IMG/VR virus record: IMGVR_UViG_3300025715_000001
Reading direction: 5' to 3' (one strand)
DNA length: 64,000 nucleotides
Source of the DNA: a virus
Position numbers and translations under genes: made by a program. This document shows positions 1-7,804 of the stretch, piece by piece; the stretch's first letter is position 1; each line of letters opens with the position of its first letter. The notes beneath the pieces were generated by a model. That model saw only the letters and a program-made list of their open reading frames with translations, was not told the origin of the DNA and made no database searches.

Positions 1-309
1 CGCGGCGGGACCACTGCCAGCCAGTACGGCGACATTCCACACGGCGGCGTTGTAGCCAAATACGGTCAGCCCCATCAGGCCGGGTTCGCAGATCGGTTCC
101 GGCGTAAGCTTCACCGCTTGCGTGATCACCAACTTGGCCGCCGCAATCTCCGGCCAGTCCAGCCCGGACAGCAGCGGATTGCCTTCCGCAAAACCAGCGC
201 GTGACAGGGCTACGGCGGTCGTGGCGGAATCAGCCAGTTGCCCGTAATCCGCGTGCGCGCAACCGGCCAGACTGCCGATCAGGACGAGTACCGGTCCCCA
301 GCGGCGCAT
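1..309 (-). CDS. putative lipoprotein, N-terminal part only (ORF runs off the left window edge); possible spanin-like lysis-module protein
   Basis: ATG at 309. The N-terminus MRRWGPVLVLIGSLAGC has a signal peptide and an LAGC lipobox. It starts 3 nt after the endolysin stop. It is absent from the ORF track because no stop lies in the window. Confidence 0.5.
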   Translation of the reverse strand, partial: MRRWGPVLVLIGSLAGCAHADYGQLADSATTAVALSRAGFAEGNPLLSGLDWPEIAAAKLVITQAVKLTPEPICEPGLMGLTVFGYNAAVWNVAVLAGSGPAA

Positions 310-311
310 GG

Positions 312-755
312 CTACCTCAGCCCCAACCGATAGAACAAATGACGACCGATTCGCTTGCCGACTTTCTTCTGTGCCCACAACGGCGGCCAGGCCTTGACCC
401 CTTCCGGGCGCAAAATGGTGTGGTAGTGATCAGCCCCGCCCGTCGGATCAGGAATCTGATCGTTCAGCACCGCCTCGGCCAACTCGTACAGCGTCCCCAG
501 TTGCGCGAGGGTACTGCTGCGTACTTGTTTGGCCTGACCGTCCCACCAGCACGAGAATTGATGTGGATCAAGACATACGGCTTCAATCGTATCGTCGGGA
601 ATGCCATCGCCGCGTTGCCGACTCCACCAGCCGGGATTCTCCGCGCGGTTGCGAATCGTCCAGGCCACCGCAATCTGGCCTTCACGCGGTTCGCCCCGAC
701 ACTCACCCCAAAGGGTGCGCGCCATGGCGAGAACATCTTCAGGACGGTAGTTCAT
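312..755 (-). CDS. endolysin, SleB-type cell-wall hydrolase (Hydrolase_2-like)
   Basis: Track ORF 312..770. Sequence ARTLWGECRGEP..GQIAVAWTIRNR..CLDPHQFSCW..HY is typical of the SleB/cell-wall-hydrolase family. The ATG at 755 overlaps the upstream small ORF stop (ATGA), so 755 is preferred over 770. Confidence 0.8.
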   Translation of the reverse strand: MNYRPEDVLAMARTLWGECRGEPREGQIAVAWTIRNRAENPGWWSRQRGDGIPDDTIEAVCLDPHQFSCWWDGQAKQVRSSTLAQLGTLYELAEAVLNDQIPDPTGGADHYHTILRPEGVKAWPPLWAQKKVGKRIGRHLFYRLGLR

Positions 756-905
756 TCCTCGCCCCGCCAAATAGCGTCCAAATAATCAAGATCGTGTTTG
801 TTGGGGATTCCCAGCCCGATGCCGATAGCGGCCCATTGCACGGCGTGTTGCCGTACTCTCCAGCGCAAATAGAAATAACGGAGGCGCCTAATAATCGTTG
901 ACATC
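752..905 (-). pseudogene. 3' fragment of a small membrane-protein ORF apparently split by the IS (candidate holin-like remnant)
   Basis: 50 codons, MSTIIRRLRYFYLRWRVRQHAVQWAAIGIGLGIPNKHDLDYLDAIWRGEE, with one hydrophobic segment. Its stop overlaps the endolysin ATG (ATGA). Its apparent ATG abuts the IS terminal hairpin. Confidence 0.35.
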
Positions 906-908
906 CTC

Positions 909-928
909 CCCGGCCTAAAGACCGGGGA
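909..928 (+). repeat. IS subterminal imperfect palindrome CCCCGG-CCTAAAGA-CCGGGG
   Basis: 6-bp stem read directly. It is a paralog of the hairpin at 2430-2449. Confidence 0.7.
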
Positions 929-936
929 TTCCTAAC

Positions 937-1965
937 TCACTTCAGAGCTAGCGTATGATGCCCCATACGGAGAATATTCAGTGCAGCGTTGACATCACGG
1001 TCATGAACCGTATGGCATTCGCTGCACACCCATTCTCTGACCCCAAGACCCTTTCGACCTTTTGGGCCGCCTATCGAACCGCAACAGGAACAGGCTTGAG
1101 TTGTGAGGTGTTCAGAGACCTCACAGTACACCACCTTCCGCGCAATCGCTTTATATTCAAGAAGGTGGCGAAACATCGACCATCCGGCATCATTCACCGA
1201 TTTGGCCATGTTCGTTTTAGTCAACTTAGAACTACAGACATCCCCGACCACAATCAACTCACACTCTTTCGTGAGTCTATCGGATTCCTTGTGCAGAAAA
1301 TCCTTGCGCCGGTTGGCAATCTTGGCTTGAAGGTTACGCGCTTGCCGGGAACGACGCTTGCGCTGATGTTCCGCAATCCGCCGTTGCTGACTCCGATACC
1401 AGCGAGGCGCTTCAATCTTGCGACCATCCGAACACGTCGCCAGCGTTTTCAAGCCCAAGTCGATACCGACGTGTTGGGTTCCGGTTGTCGCTTCCGCTTC
1501 CGGGACTTCGCAGACGAAATTGACATACCAGCGACCCCGCGCATCCTGGGCAAAATTTCCTACCTTGATCGGGCCGGGGAGATCACGGCTGTTCCAAAAA
1601 CGGAAGGTGTGACCTGCATAGCACACGGTATCGTCCACCACCTTGACCCCGGACGCCTTGAACGGAATCCAGCCCAAAGACCGCTTGCCGCGCCAGCGCA
1701 ACTTACGCTTTTTGGCTTGCTTCCGACGTGTGGCATATTCATCGCACACCGCCTGCACGGTCTGCGAATGCAGGCCCAGTTCCTTGCTGCTACCCGTGGT
1801 CAATTTGCACAGGTCTTGATACGTCGGCCAGCGTTGATTCCAGCGCAGCGCGTGTTCCTGAGATTCATTACAGAAATTCCAGACCTGATTGCACGCGCGC
1901 GCCAAGACCGTGAGTTCGGCGGCGCAGGTGGAATCCTTGATTCGGTACTGAAAAGTCTTTATCAT
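937..1965 (-). CDS. tnpB: TnpB (OrfB) RNA-guided endonuclease of the IS200/IS605 family
   Basis: 342 aa. RuvC-like GIDLGLK, a later E, and DRDVNAALNI, plus zinc finger CSCCG...CSECH. The omega-RNA is expected to overlap its 3' end and the IS end near 900-1000. Confidence 0.9.
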   Translation of the reverse strand: MIKTFQYRIKDSTCAAELTVLARACNQVWNFCNESQEHALRWNQRWPTYQDLCKLTTGSSKELGLHSQTVQAVCDEYATRRKQAKKRKLRWRGKRSLGWIPFKASGVKVVDDTVCYAGHTFRFWNSRDLPGPIKVGNFAQDARGRWYVNFVCEVPEAEATTGTQHVGIDLGLKTLATCSDGRKIEAPRWYRSQQRRIAEHQRKRRSRQARNLQAKIANRRKDFLHKESDRLTKECELIVVGDVCSSKLTKTNMAKSVNDAGWSMFRHLLEYKAIARKVVYCEVSEHLTTQACSCCGSIGGPKGRKGLGVREWVCSECHTVHDRDVNAALNILRMGHHTLALK

Positions 1966-1994
1966 GCGGCTATTATATCAATTGGTCTAAGGCG

Positions 1995-2402
1995 ATGCAA
2001 GACGAGCTTAGGCGCGGTAGACACGTTGTTTATCAGCTTCATGTGCATTTGGTCTTTATCCCTAAGTATCGGCGAAAAATCTTTGATGCCGATGCACTAG
2101 GGCGATTGCGAACGGTCTTTGCGAAAGTTTGTAGCGATTTTGAGGCGACCTTGGATGAATTTAATGGCGAACCAGACCATGTTCATTTGCTGGTTCACTA
2201 CCCGCCAAAGGTCTCCGTATCGGCCTTGGTCAATTCGTTAAAAGGGGTCTCCGCACGGCGGTTGCGCCAAGACCGCCCGGATATTGCCCGCCGCTATTGG
2301 CGTGGCGGATTGTGGTCAGCGAGCTACTTTGCGGCTTCGTGCGGAGGTGCGCCCATTGAAGTATTGCGTCAGTACATTGAGCAACAACGCGCGCCAGAAT
2401 GA
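1995..2402 (+). CDS. tnpA: IS200/IS605 TnpA, Y1 (HUH) transposase
   Basis: 135 aa. HUH motif HVHLLV and catalytic-Tyr region SASYFAAS. Size and sequence are typical of TnpA-IS200. Confidence 0.9.
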   Translation: MQDELRRGRHVVYQLHVHLVFIPKYRRKIFDADALGRLRTVFAKVCSDFEATLDEFNGEPDHVHLLVHYPPKVSVSALVNSLKGVSARRLRQDRPDIARRYWRGGLWSASYFAASCGGAPIEVLRQYIEQQRAPE

Positions 2403-2421
2403 CCGTGCTTCGCCCGGTGCG

Positions 2422-2556
2422 CTATCCATCCCCGCCCTGAAGGACGGGGCCTTTCTCGCAAGCTTGGTAAATATCCGGGTCGTCATCCCGAAACTGGATG
2501 CACTTGGCGCATTGCAGATTGGTGGCGGCAATGCGCTTGGGGAGGGTGCCGGTCAT
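2422..2556 (-). pseudogene. 5' fragment of the small ORF split by the IS
   Basis: MTGTLPKRIAATNLQCAKCIQFRDDDPDIYQACEKG, then read-through into the IS hairpin. Its ATG overlaps the stop of the upstream 145-aa gene (ATGA). Confidence 0.3.
2430..2449 (+). repeat. IS subterminal imperfect palindrome CCCCG-CCCTGAAGGA-CGGGG
   Basis: Read directly. It has the same orientation and a similar loop to 909-928. Confidence 0.7.
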
Positions 2557-2990
2557 AACCGTGCTGCTGTGGCAAACAGCGCGTCCACGTGTGCATTGGT
2601 CAAACCGAGCGCGCTCGCGGCATTGACCACCGGAGGCCAATCCCGGCGAATCTGATTAGCAAATTCCCACTCCACTTGTACGGCACGCGGCTGCGTGGCG
2701 ACATACGCTTCCACCGCATCCAGCAGGCCAGCACTCAGCAGCGCCAACCGGGCTTGCCGGGGGGTGATGGTGGACGCATCGTAATACTGATTGACCGCCA
2801 AAGTTTCCCAGTCGGCGATGAGGGCGTCCAGGGATTCAGGATCAGCCTTCCAGGCGTCATACGCACTGCCGGTCAACCATTGCGCGTAGGGAATAGACGC
2901 GCCGGTGGCGGCATCGGTAAATTGCACCTGCACAAAACACTCGCGCCGATCGGGCACGTCTTCCAAGCGAAGCACGGTATAGCTCATCAT
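2553..2990 (-). CDS. hypothetical protein, possible tail-fibre assembly or chaperone protein
   Basis: Lies immediately downstream of the fibre gene, with overlapping stop and start (TGATG). The C-terminal ITPRQARLALL..GLLD segment resembles segments seen in fibre-associated phage proteins. Assignment is mainly positional. Confidence 0.45.
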   Translation of the reverse strand: MMSYTVLRLEDVPDRRECFVQVQFTDAATGASIPYAQWLTGSAYDAWKADPESLDALIADWETLAVNQYYDASTITPRQARLALLSAGLLDAVEAYVATQPRAVQVEWEFANQIRRDWPPVVNAASALGLTNAHVDALFATAARL

Positions 2991-4513
2991 CAAGTCCAGT
3001 CAGCGGGAATGTCCGCGAAGTTGGAAACAGTTGAAACAGAATGACCCTGCCAGCAATCGGTTTTAATCGGCGTACCGGTGCCAAACGCGCAATTCCACAA
3101 ATCCGGGGCCACACCTTGATTGCCGGTGTACGAGGTCACGCGGAAACAGTTGGTAAAGTCCACGCTCTGATTGAGAAAACGGGTACTCTGCTCGCCATCC
3201 GCATAGAAGATGTTGGCGTTTTGCTGGAGTTTAGGACAAGAATAGAAGGTCGAATTAAAAGATGTGCATTGCGTATTATAGCGAAAGAGATCCGTGGGAA
3301 TCGAACCGGTTAGGCCGGGGCAATTATAGAACGTATAAGCAAACCCACTCGTCGAAACCAGCGTGTTGTAGCGAAAGAGATCAGCGGGAATCCCGGTGAG
3401 ATTGGTGCAGCCGCGAAACGTCTGAAAAAACCCACTCGTCGAAACCAGCGTGTTGTAGCGAAAGAGATCAGCGGGAATCCCGGTGAGATTGGTGCAACTG
3501 AAGAACGTATAACCAAACCCATCCGTTGAAACCTGGGTGTTGTATCTGAAGAGATCGGTCGGGATGGAACCGAAGAGATTGGTGCAACCGTAGAACGTCG
3601 CATTAAACCCACTCGTCGAAACCTGCGTATTGTATCTGAACAAATCAGCCGGAATGGAACCAGTGAGATTGCTGCAACTGTAGAACGTCTGAAAAAACCC
3701 ACTCGTCGAAACCTGCGTATTGTATCTGAACAAATCAGCCGGAATGGAACCGGTAAGATTGGTGCAGCCGCGAAACGTCTGAAAAAACCCACTCGTCGAA
3801 ACCTGGGTGTTGTATCTGAAGAGATCAGTGGGGATGGAACCGAAGAGATTGGTGCAATCGCGAAACGTCTGATTAAACCCATCCGTTGAAACCTGGGTGT
3901 TGTAGCGAAAGAGATCGGTCGGAATGGAACCGGTGAGATTGCTGCAACCGTAGAACGTATAAGCAAACCCACTCACCGAAACCAGCGTGTTGTATCTGAA
4001 GAGATCGGTCGGAATGGAACCAGTGAGATTGCTGCAGCCGCGAAACGTCAGAAAAAACCCATTCGTCGAAACCTGGGTGTTGTATCTGAAGAGATCGGTC
4101 GGAATAGAACGAAGCCCAGTATTCTGAAACGTACTCAGAAAATTCGCCAACCCCGGAATAAACGGGATCACCCCGGTCCCGATCAGCCGCGCCCGATCCG
4201 CTGCATTGCTGCCCAGGCGGATATTCCCGCTACTCCGAAACCGTCCGCTGATCTTGACGGTATGGGTCTTGACGAGTTGATAGGTATGCGTTTTCAGCCC
4301 AATGGTGGTGAAGAACTCCACCACACCATCCCCCCAATCAATGCGAAACTCTGGAGCCGTGCCCGCGTTGATGTCCACGGTATAGGTCTGACCCGGCGCG
4401 GTGATTTGCACTGCGAGATTCCAGGTGGCCGGACTGAGCGGGGCACGGGTGCGAAGTCCCGCGTCATCAATTTCAACAGCGCGGGAACGGGGGGAATAGC
4501 TGGCGGGGTACAT
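2990..4513 (-). CDS. tail fibre / receptor-binding protein with 10 tandem ~30-aa leucine-rich-type repeats
   Basis: Track ORF 2990..4627. The ATG at 4513 (MYPASYSP) follows the upstream stop at 4522. The repeat GSIPxDLFRYNTxVSxxGFxxTFxGCxNLT occurs 10 times. Confidence 0.75.
   Translation of the reverse strand: MYPASYSPRSRAVEIDDAGLRTRAPLSPATWNLAVQITAPGQTYTVDINAGTAPEFRIDWGDGVVEFFTTIGLKTHTYQLVKTHTVKISGRFRSSGNIRLGSNAADRARLIGTGVIPFIPGLANFLSTFQNTGLRSIPTDLFRYNTQVSTNGFFLTFRGCSNLTGSIPTDLFRYNTLVSVSGFAYTFYGCSNLTGSIPTDLFRYNTQVSTDGFNQTFRDCTNLFGSIPTDLFRYNTQVSTSGFFQTFRGCTNLTGSIPADLFRYNTQVSTSGFFQTFYSCSNLTGSIPADLFRYNTQVSTSGFNATFYGCTNLFGSIPTDLFRYNTQVSTDGFGYTFFSCTNLTGIPADLFRYNTLVSTSGFFQTFRGCTNLTGIPADLFRYNTLVSTSGFAYTFYNCPGLTGSIPTDLFRYNTQCTSFNSTFYSCPKLQQNANIFYADGEQSTRFLNQSVDFTNCFRVTSYTGNQGVAPDLWNCAFGTGTPIKTDCWQGHSVSTVSNFADIPADWT
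3230..4110 (-). repeat. about 10 tandem 87-90-nt coding repeats inside the fibre gene
   Basis: DNA units such as gaaacctgggtgttgtatctgaagagatc recur with a 90-nt period. The protein motif DLFRYNT occurs 10 times. Confidence 0.85.
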
Positions 4514-4521
4514 GAGCCGTC

Positions 4522-4941
4522 TCAGGTGTAGGGAATCGCGCGACCGGTGACGTACAGGTATTTCCCGCCCGCCAGCGCCGCATCCAGACTGATTTGCAAC
4601 TTCGCACCTGCCGGAACCCAGATGCACAGCACGCCATCACTCCCAGCCACGCCGAGCGTACTCAACACGTTGATGCGGGCGTCTGTGGCACCGTTAGTAC
4701 CGGACAGATCGGGTACGGCGACCGAACCGTGCAACTGGCTGACTGAGCCGTCATGCAGATAAATCTTTGCCACCCGATCCGCGGAGTTATCGGTCGTGAT
4801 AATCAGCGCCTCGACCTTCAGCGCCACACTGCCGCCGCTGTTGTCAAGGACATCCACGATATTCGTCGAATCAGAATCGGCCAGTCGCTTCGCCACCAAA
4901 GAACGCAAGGAGGTAGCGGGATACGTAGGATTCGAGGCCAT
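4522..4941 (-). CDS. hypothetical virion/tail-associated protein
   Basis: 139-aa ORF packed between fibre-type genes. No recognisable motif. Confidence 0.5.
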   Translation of the reverse strand: MASNPTYPATSLRSLVAKRLADSDSTNIVDVLDNSGGSVALKVEALIITTDNSADRVAKIYLHDGSVSQLHGSVAVPDLSGTNGATDARINVLSTLGVAGSDGVLCIWVPAGAKLQISLDAALAGGKYLYVTGRAIPYT

Positions 4942-5228
4942 TACAGTTCAGCTCCAAAATTGAGGGCAACCAGATATTTCGCGTAGTTATCCGGGGCGAG
5001 GGCGGCAATCGCTTGGGCAATGCGCACCGGGGACAGCGCCCGAACCGCCGTTTCCGTGCCGGCTTCCATTTCCGCTTGCGAGGCAGTCGTGGCAATCGCC
5101 AGCTTCTCAGCATCGAGTTCGTTGATTGCGCCCTGAACCGTAGTGGCAGTAATCGAACCAGCCGGGGTGTTGGGGATAGACGCCGCCGTGGTGGCGGCGG
5201 GTTGCCAGAGGGGTTCAAAAAGGCTCAT
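4941..5228 (-). CDS. small tail-fibre-like protein
   Basis: 95 aa. The segment ASQAEMEAGTETAVRALSPVRIAQAI resembles the conserved A..EA..GT....MTP motif of many phage tail-fibre proteins. Confidence 0.5.
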   Translation of the reverse strand: MSLFEPLWQPAATTAASIPNTPAGSITATTVQGAINELDAEKLAIATTASQAEMEAGTETAVRALSPVRIAQAIAALAPDNYAKYLVALNFGAEL

Positions 5229-5788
5229 CGGAATTCTCTGCGAGAGACCCAGGCCTGAAGACCGGGGAGGTAGAACGAACCGCCCAAAGGGCGGTCAGCC
5301 GTGTTCAGTTCCGCTTGACTTGGATTATCTTTATGAGCTTTAACAACAGATTCATTGCAATTTATAAGATCAATTAAAATATCTACATCTCGTTCACCTA
5401 GCCGTTTATTTCTTCTTTGTTGTTTAACTTCATTTATAGTGTTTATATCCAGGTTTTTATCAATTCCCCAAAGATTTGCACCTATATCTTTTAATAAAGA
5501 TACATCACGAAGACTGTTTATGTCTTCATTATCAAGTGCAAACCATTCTCCGATTACTCTTTTGGTTGAAAATTTATCGTGGATTTTATATTCAAGAATT
5601 TCAGGGCGATAGCATGGAATAATTACTTCATGCGATAATTTAATATCTATTTCAAATGGATGCAGTATAGAAATTAAATAGTTATCTAAATCTAAAACCC
5701 TATTTATTTTCATAGTTGACCCTATCTTAAAAAAGATATTTTCTTTCTGCATTCCTTTTATTACATAGACAAATCCAAAATCACTCAT
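5225..5788 (-). CDS. T5orf172 / GIY-YIG-like domain protein on an AT-rich cassette
   Basis: FVYVIKG...FKIGST...R...L.....H.....GEWF pattern. Sharp GC drop at about 5330-5870. The C-terminal ~30 aa are encoded by flanking GC-rich DNA. Confidence 0.65.
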   Translation of the reverse strand: MSDFGFVYVIKGMQKENIFFKIGSTMKINRVLDLDNYLISILHPFEIDIKLSHEVIIPCYRPEILEYKIHDKFSTKRVIGEWFALDNEDINSLRDVSLLKDIGANLWGIDKNLDINTINEVKQQRRNKRLGERDVDILIDLINCNESVVKAHKDNPSQAELNTADRPLGGSFYLPGLQAWVSRREFR

Positions 5789-6026
5789 TAAAATATCCTA
5801 TCAGATCGTATAAAATTAAGATGTATTTTTAACATATCGACTGACATGTTGCAAACGCGGATAAAAACGCGGCGATCAATATCGCTGCAAGGGCTAATGT
5901 CAATTAGCCTATCGTGGCGCACGATGACGACGAAGGATCGTCCGAGTGCAGCCACAAGCCCCATCCTTTAGGGCGGGGTAATTGACGGGCTTTTTTACCA
6001 TCCGTGGCAAGATTTGTGACAGCCGA

Positions 6027-6458
6027 TCAGCGGCCATCATCGTACAGTTTTTCCAGGTCTTTCAGTGCCCGCAGCAGGTACAGCGTGCGGTCTAAACTCT
6101 CTTCAATCGCATGGCGCATCCAGTCCAGCAACGACAGGTCATTGCGCATCAGCGTCGTGCCGTATTTTGCCTGGCCGAGTTTCGAACGGGCCAGGAGCAT
6201 CTGGATGGTCTCATCCACAATAGCATCGCCGCTGCTGTTTGCTCCTTCCGGGTTGGCCTCCAACTGCGGGACTTCCAGATAGGGATTATCCAACAAATCC
6301 AGGATGGCATAGGCCAAAAGTTTCGCGTCTTCGGGTGTGAAATCCATTGGGACATACCCCAGCACGCGAATCAGCCCGCCGATCTGCGATACCTCGCAGT
6401 CCAGAAACGCGCGGGTGTCGCTGGCGCAGCGGACATACTGCGGATGTACTTCGCTCAT
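6027..6458 (-). CDS. hypothetical protein (C-terminal region faintly MazG/NTP-pyrophosphohydrolase-like)
   Basis: The protein-like part of track ORF 6027..6962 begins at ATG 6458 (MSEVHPQY). The upstream part of the track ORF is Arg/Pro-rich junk. Confidence 0.5.
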   Translation of the reverse strand: MSEVHPQYVRCASDTRAFLDCEVSQIGGLIRVLGYVPMDFTPEDAKLLAYAILDLLDNPYLEVPQLEANPEGANSSGDAIVDETIQMLLARSKLGQAKYGTTLMRNDLSLLDWMRHAIEESLDRTLYLLRALKDLEKLYDDGR

Positions 6459-6513
6459 CGGCCTGTGCTCCCAAACCCATTTGCGCCGCGCTCGGTTTCC
6501 GGCAAAGTCGCTT

Positions 6514-7020
6514 TCATGCGGCGCTCCCCGACAAATGAAACAACACCCGATCCACGTCCTCAAACCCGCGCACCACCGCCGCAATCCCCCCGCCGGCCTG
6601 AACCGCCGCCAGAAACGCCTGCTGTTCCGGGGTCGCTTTTTCGCCGGGCCGTTTGACCTCCAACGCGAAATACCGCCCATCGGGCCGCATTCCGTGCAGG
6701 TCGGCCATGCCTTTGTGCGCCGGCTCGGCGCCGCGCAGATACAGCGCATAGAACCGGGTGAAGCTGCGCCGCCCTTTGTGCATGGACAGCACGGAACCGC
6801 CGTTGCAACGGGCAAACCAGACGATGCGCCCACGGGCTTGTTGCGCCCGCAGGTAGTCCACGATCTGCGTCTGCACTTCGGATTCTTTCGGGCGCCGGGA
6901 CGCCAGCTTAAACGGCTTCTGCGGCGTTTTCGGCGCGGGGAGCGCCTTGGGTAGCCCTGCATCGGGCAGCGTGCCTTGTAGAACTTCCTGGACGGCTTTA
7001 CGCGGCATCAGGGAATCCAT
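6514..7020 (-). CDS. VRR-NUC domain nuclease
   Basis: E.QTQIVDYL..., WFARCNGG, GMADLHG, YFALEVKRPGEKATPEQQAFL..V.AGGGIAAVV match the VRR-NUC pattern. Confidence 0.8.
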   Translation of the reverse strand: MDSLMPRKAVQEVLQGTLPDAGLPKALPAPKTPQKPFKLASRRPKESEVQTQIVDYLRAQQARGRIVWFARCNGGSVLSMHKGRRSFTRFYALYLRGAEPAHKGMADLHGMRPDGRYFALEVKRPGEKATPEQQAFLAAVQAGGGIAAVVRGFEDVDRVLFHLSGSAA

Positions 7021-7105
7021 CCGTTTTCTCGCCCTGGATGCGGGTCAGGCTGTGGCCGTACTCACTGATCAGGCCCAGGAGCGTTTTGCGGATTTCGGGG
7101 GTCAT
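7001..7105 (-). CDS. 35-codon ORF duplicating the N-terminus of the 7496..7771 protein (probable recombination remnant)
   Basis: MTPEIRKTLLGLISEYGHSLTRIQ... is encoded by the 78-nt repeat 7033-7110. Confidence 0.25.
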
Positions 7106-7118
7106 GCGGGGTCTCCAA

Positions 7119-7499
7119 TCAGTCAATGCCGCTAGAACCGCAGGGGAGCGCCTGCAAGGCGACGCCAGCGGCTGGGTGCGGCGTTGCTATAGTTTTGTCC
7201 GCAAAATCGCTCCTAGCGCATTCTAGGGGCCTTCCTGTGGCCTTTGTACGCTCCATCAGCGCGCGCATGGCGGCGTCAACGCCGGGATGCAGAGGAATCG
7301 GCTGTTTTCGCAGGTAGCGATCCACGAAATATTCGTGGGGCACGCCGACCGCTTCGCAGGCCAGCAGCCCACGTCGAATCCATTCTTCCGGGCGGCGGTA
7401 TTGCGTCGCCAACAAGCCCGCCTCAGCCCAAAACCAACGATGCGCGATCTGCCCGGCATCCAAGACCTGGATGTTGGCAGCGGTATAGGTTTCATTCAT
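7119..7499 (-). CDS. hypothetical protein
   Basis: ATG at 7499 (MNETYTAANIQ) overlaps the upstream stop (ATGA). Confidence 0.5.
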   Translation of the reverse strand: MNETYTAANIQVLDAGQIAHRWFWAEAGLLATQYRRPEEWIRRGLLACEAVGVPHEYFVDRYLRKQPIPLHPGVDAAMRALMERTKATGRPLECARSDFADKTIATPHPAAGVALQALPCGSSGID

Positions 7500-7771
7500 G
7501 CGCGTTCTCCAGGAAGCAGGTGTTGCAGGTGGCTGGGCGGTGGAAACGGTTGCAGGTCCAGGTCCTGCCCGCAGGCGTGCTTGAGCATGTGCCTCCACAC
7601 GTAGTTGTACCGGCGCGGGTCTGCGAGGACATCGGCCCAGCCCTCTACGGTCTTGCCGGGCAAGCGGAGATAGTGGGCACGGATCGCGGCGTCTACGGCC
7701 TGGATGCGGGTCAGGCTGTGGCCATACTCGCTAATCAGGCCCAGCAGGGTTGTTCGCGCTTCAGGGGTCAT
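7496..7771 (-). CDS. hypothetical protein
   Basis: Start set at MTPEARTTLLGLISEYGHSLTRIQ by analogy with the paralogous short ORF. Confidence 0.5.
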   Translation of the reverse strand: MTPEARTTLLGLISEYGHSLTRIQAVDAAIRAHYLRLPGKTVEGWADVLADPRRYNYVWRHMLKHACGQDLDLQPFPPPSHLQHLLPGERA

Positions 7772-7804
7772 GCGGGCCTCCGGGGGACTGGCAGAGGACA
7801 TGCC

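Larger units (their letters stand above)
895..2460. mobile_element. IS200/IS605-family insertion sequence with divergent tnpA and tnpB; boundaries approximate
   Basis: A Y1 HUH transposase and a TnpB lie between two similar subterminal hairpins on the same strand (909-928 and 2430-2449). Confidence 0.85.

Noticed and set aside
955-2100. 381-aa plus-strand ORF covering the tnpB region
   Set aside because: It is antisense to a TnpB gene with clear motifs, and its translation is Arg/Pro/Leu-rich with no motif. It is a shadow ORF typical of high-GC DNA.
3310-3972. 220-aa minus-strand ORF inside the tail-fibre repeats
   Set aside because: It is an alternative frame of the same repeats and is itself repetitive junk (RRFAAAPIS...). 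The LRR-type frame is continuous from 4513 to 2990.
3230-4110. Regular 90-nt repeats as a possible CRISPR array
   Set aside because: The units are contiguous with no spacers, lie in frame within one long ORF, and encode a protein repeat.
5790-6026. Hairpins (GGCTAAT-GTCA-ATTAGCC, GACGA-CGAAGGA-TCGTC) as an ncRNA or terminator
   Set aside because: The stems are short with no adjacent U-tract on either strand and no second copy for covariation. There is insufficient support.
6459-6962. N-terminal extension of track ORF 6027..6962
   Set aside because: The translation is Arg/Pro/Cys-rich junk that overlaps the well-supported VRR-NUC gene in another frame. The protein-like part starts at ATG 6458.
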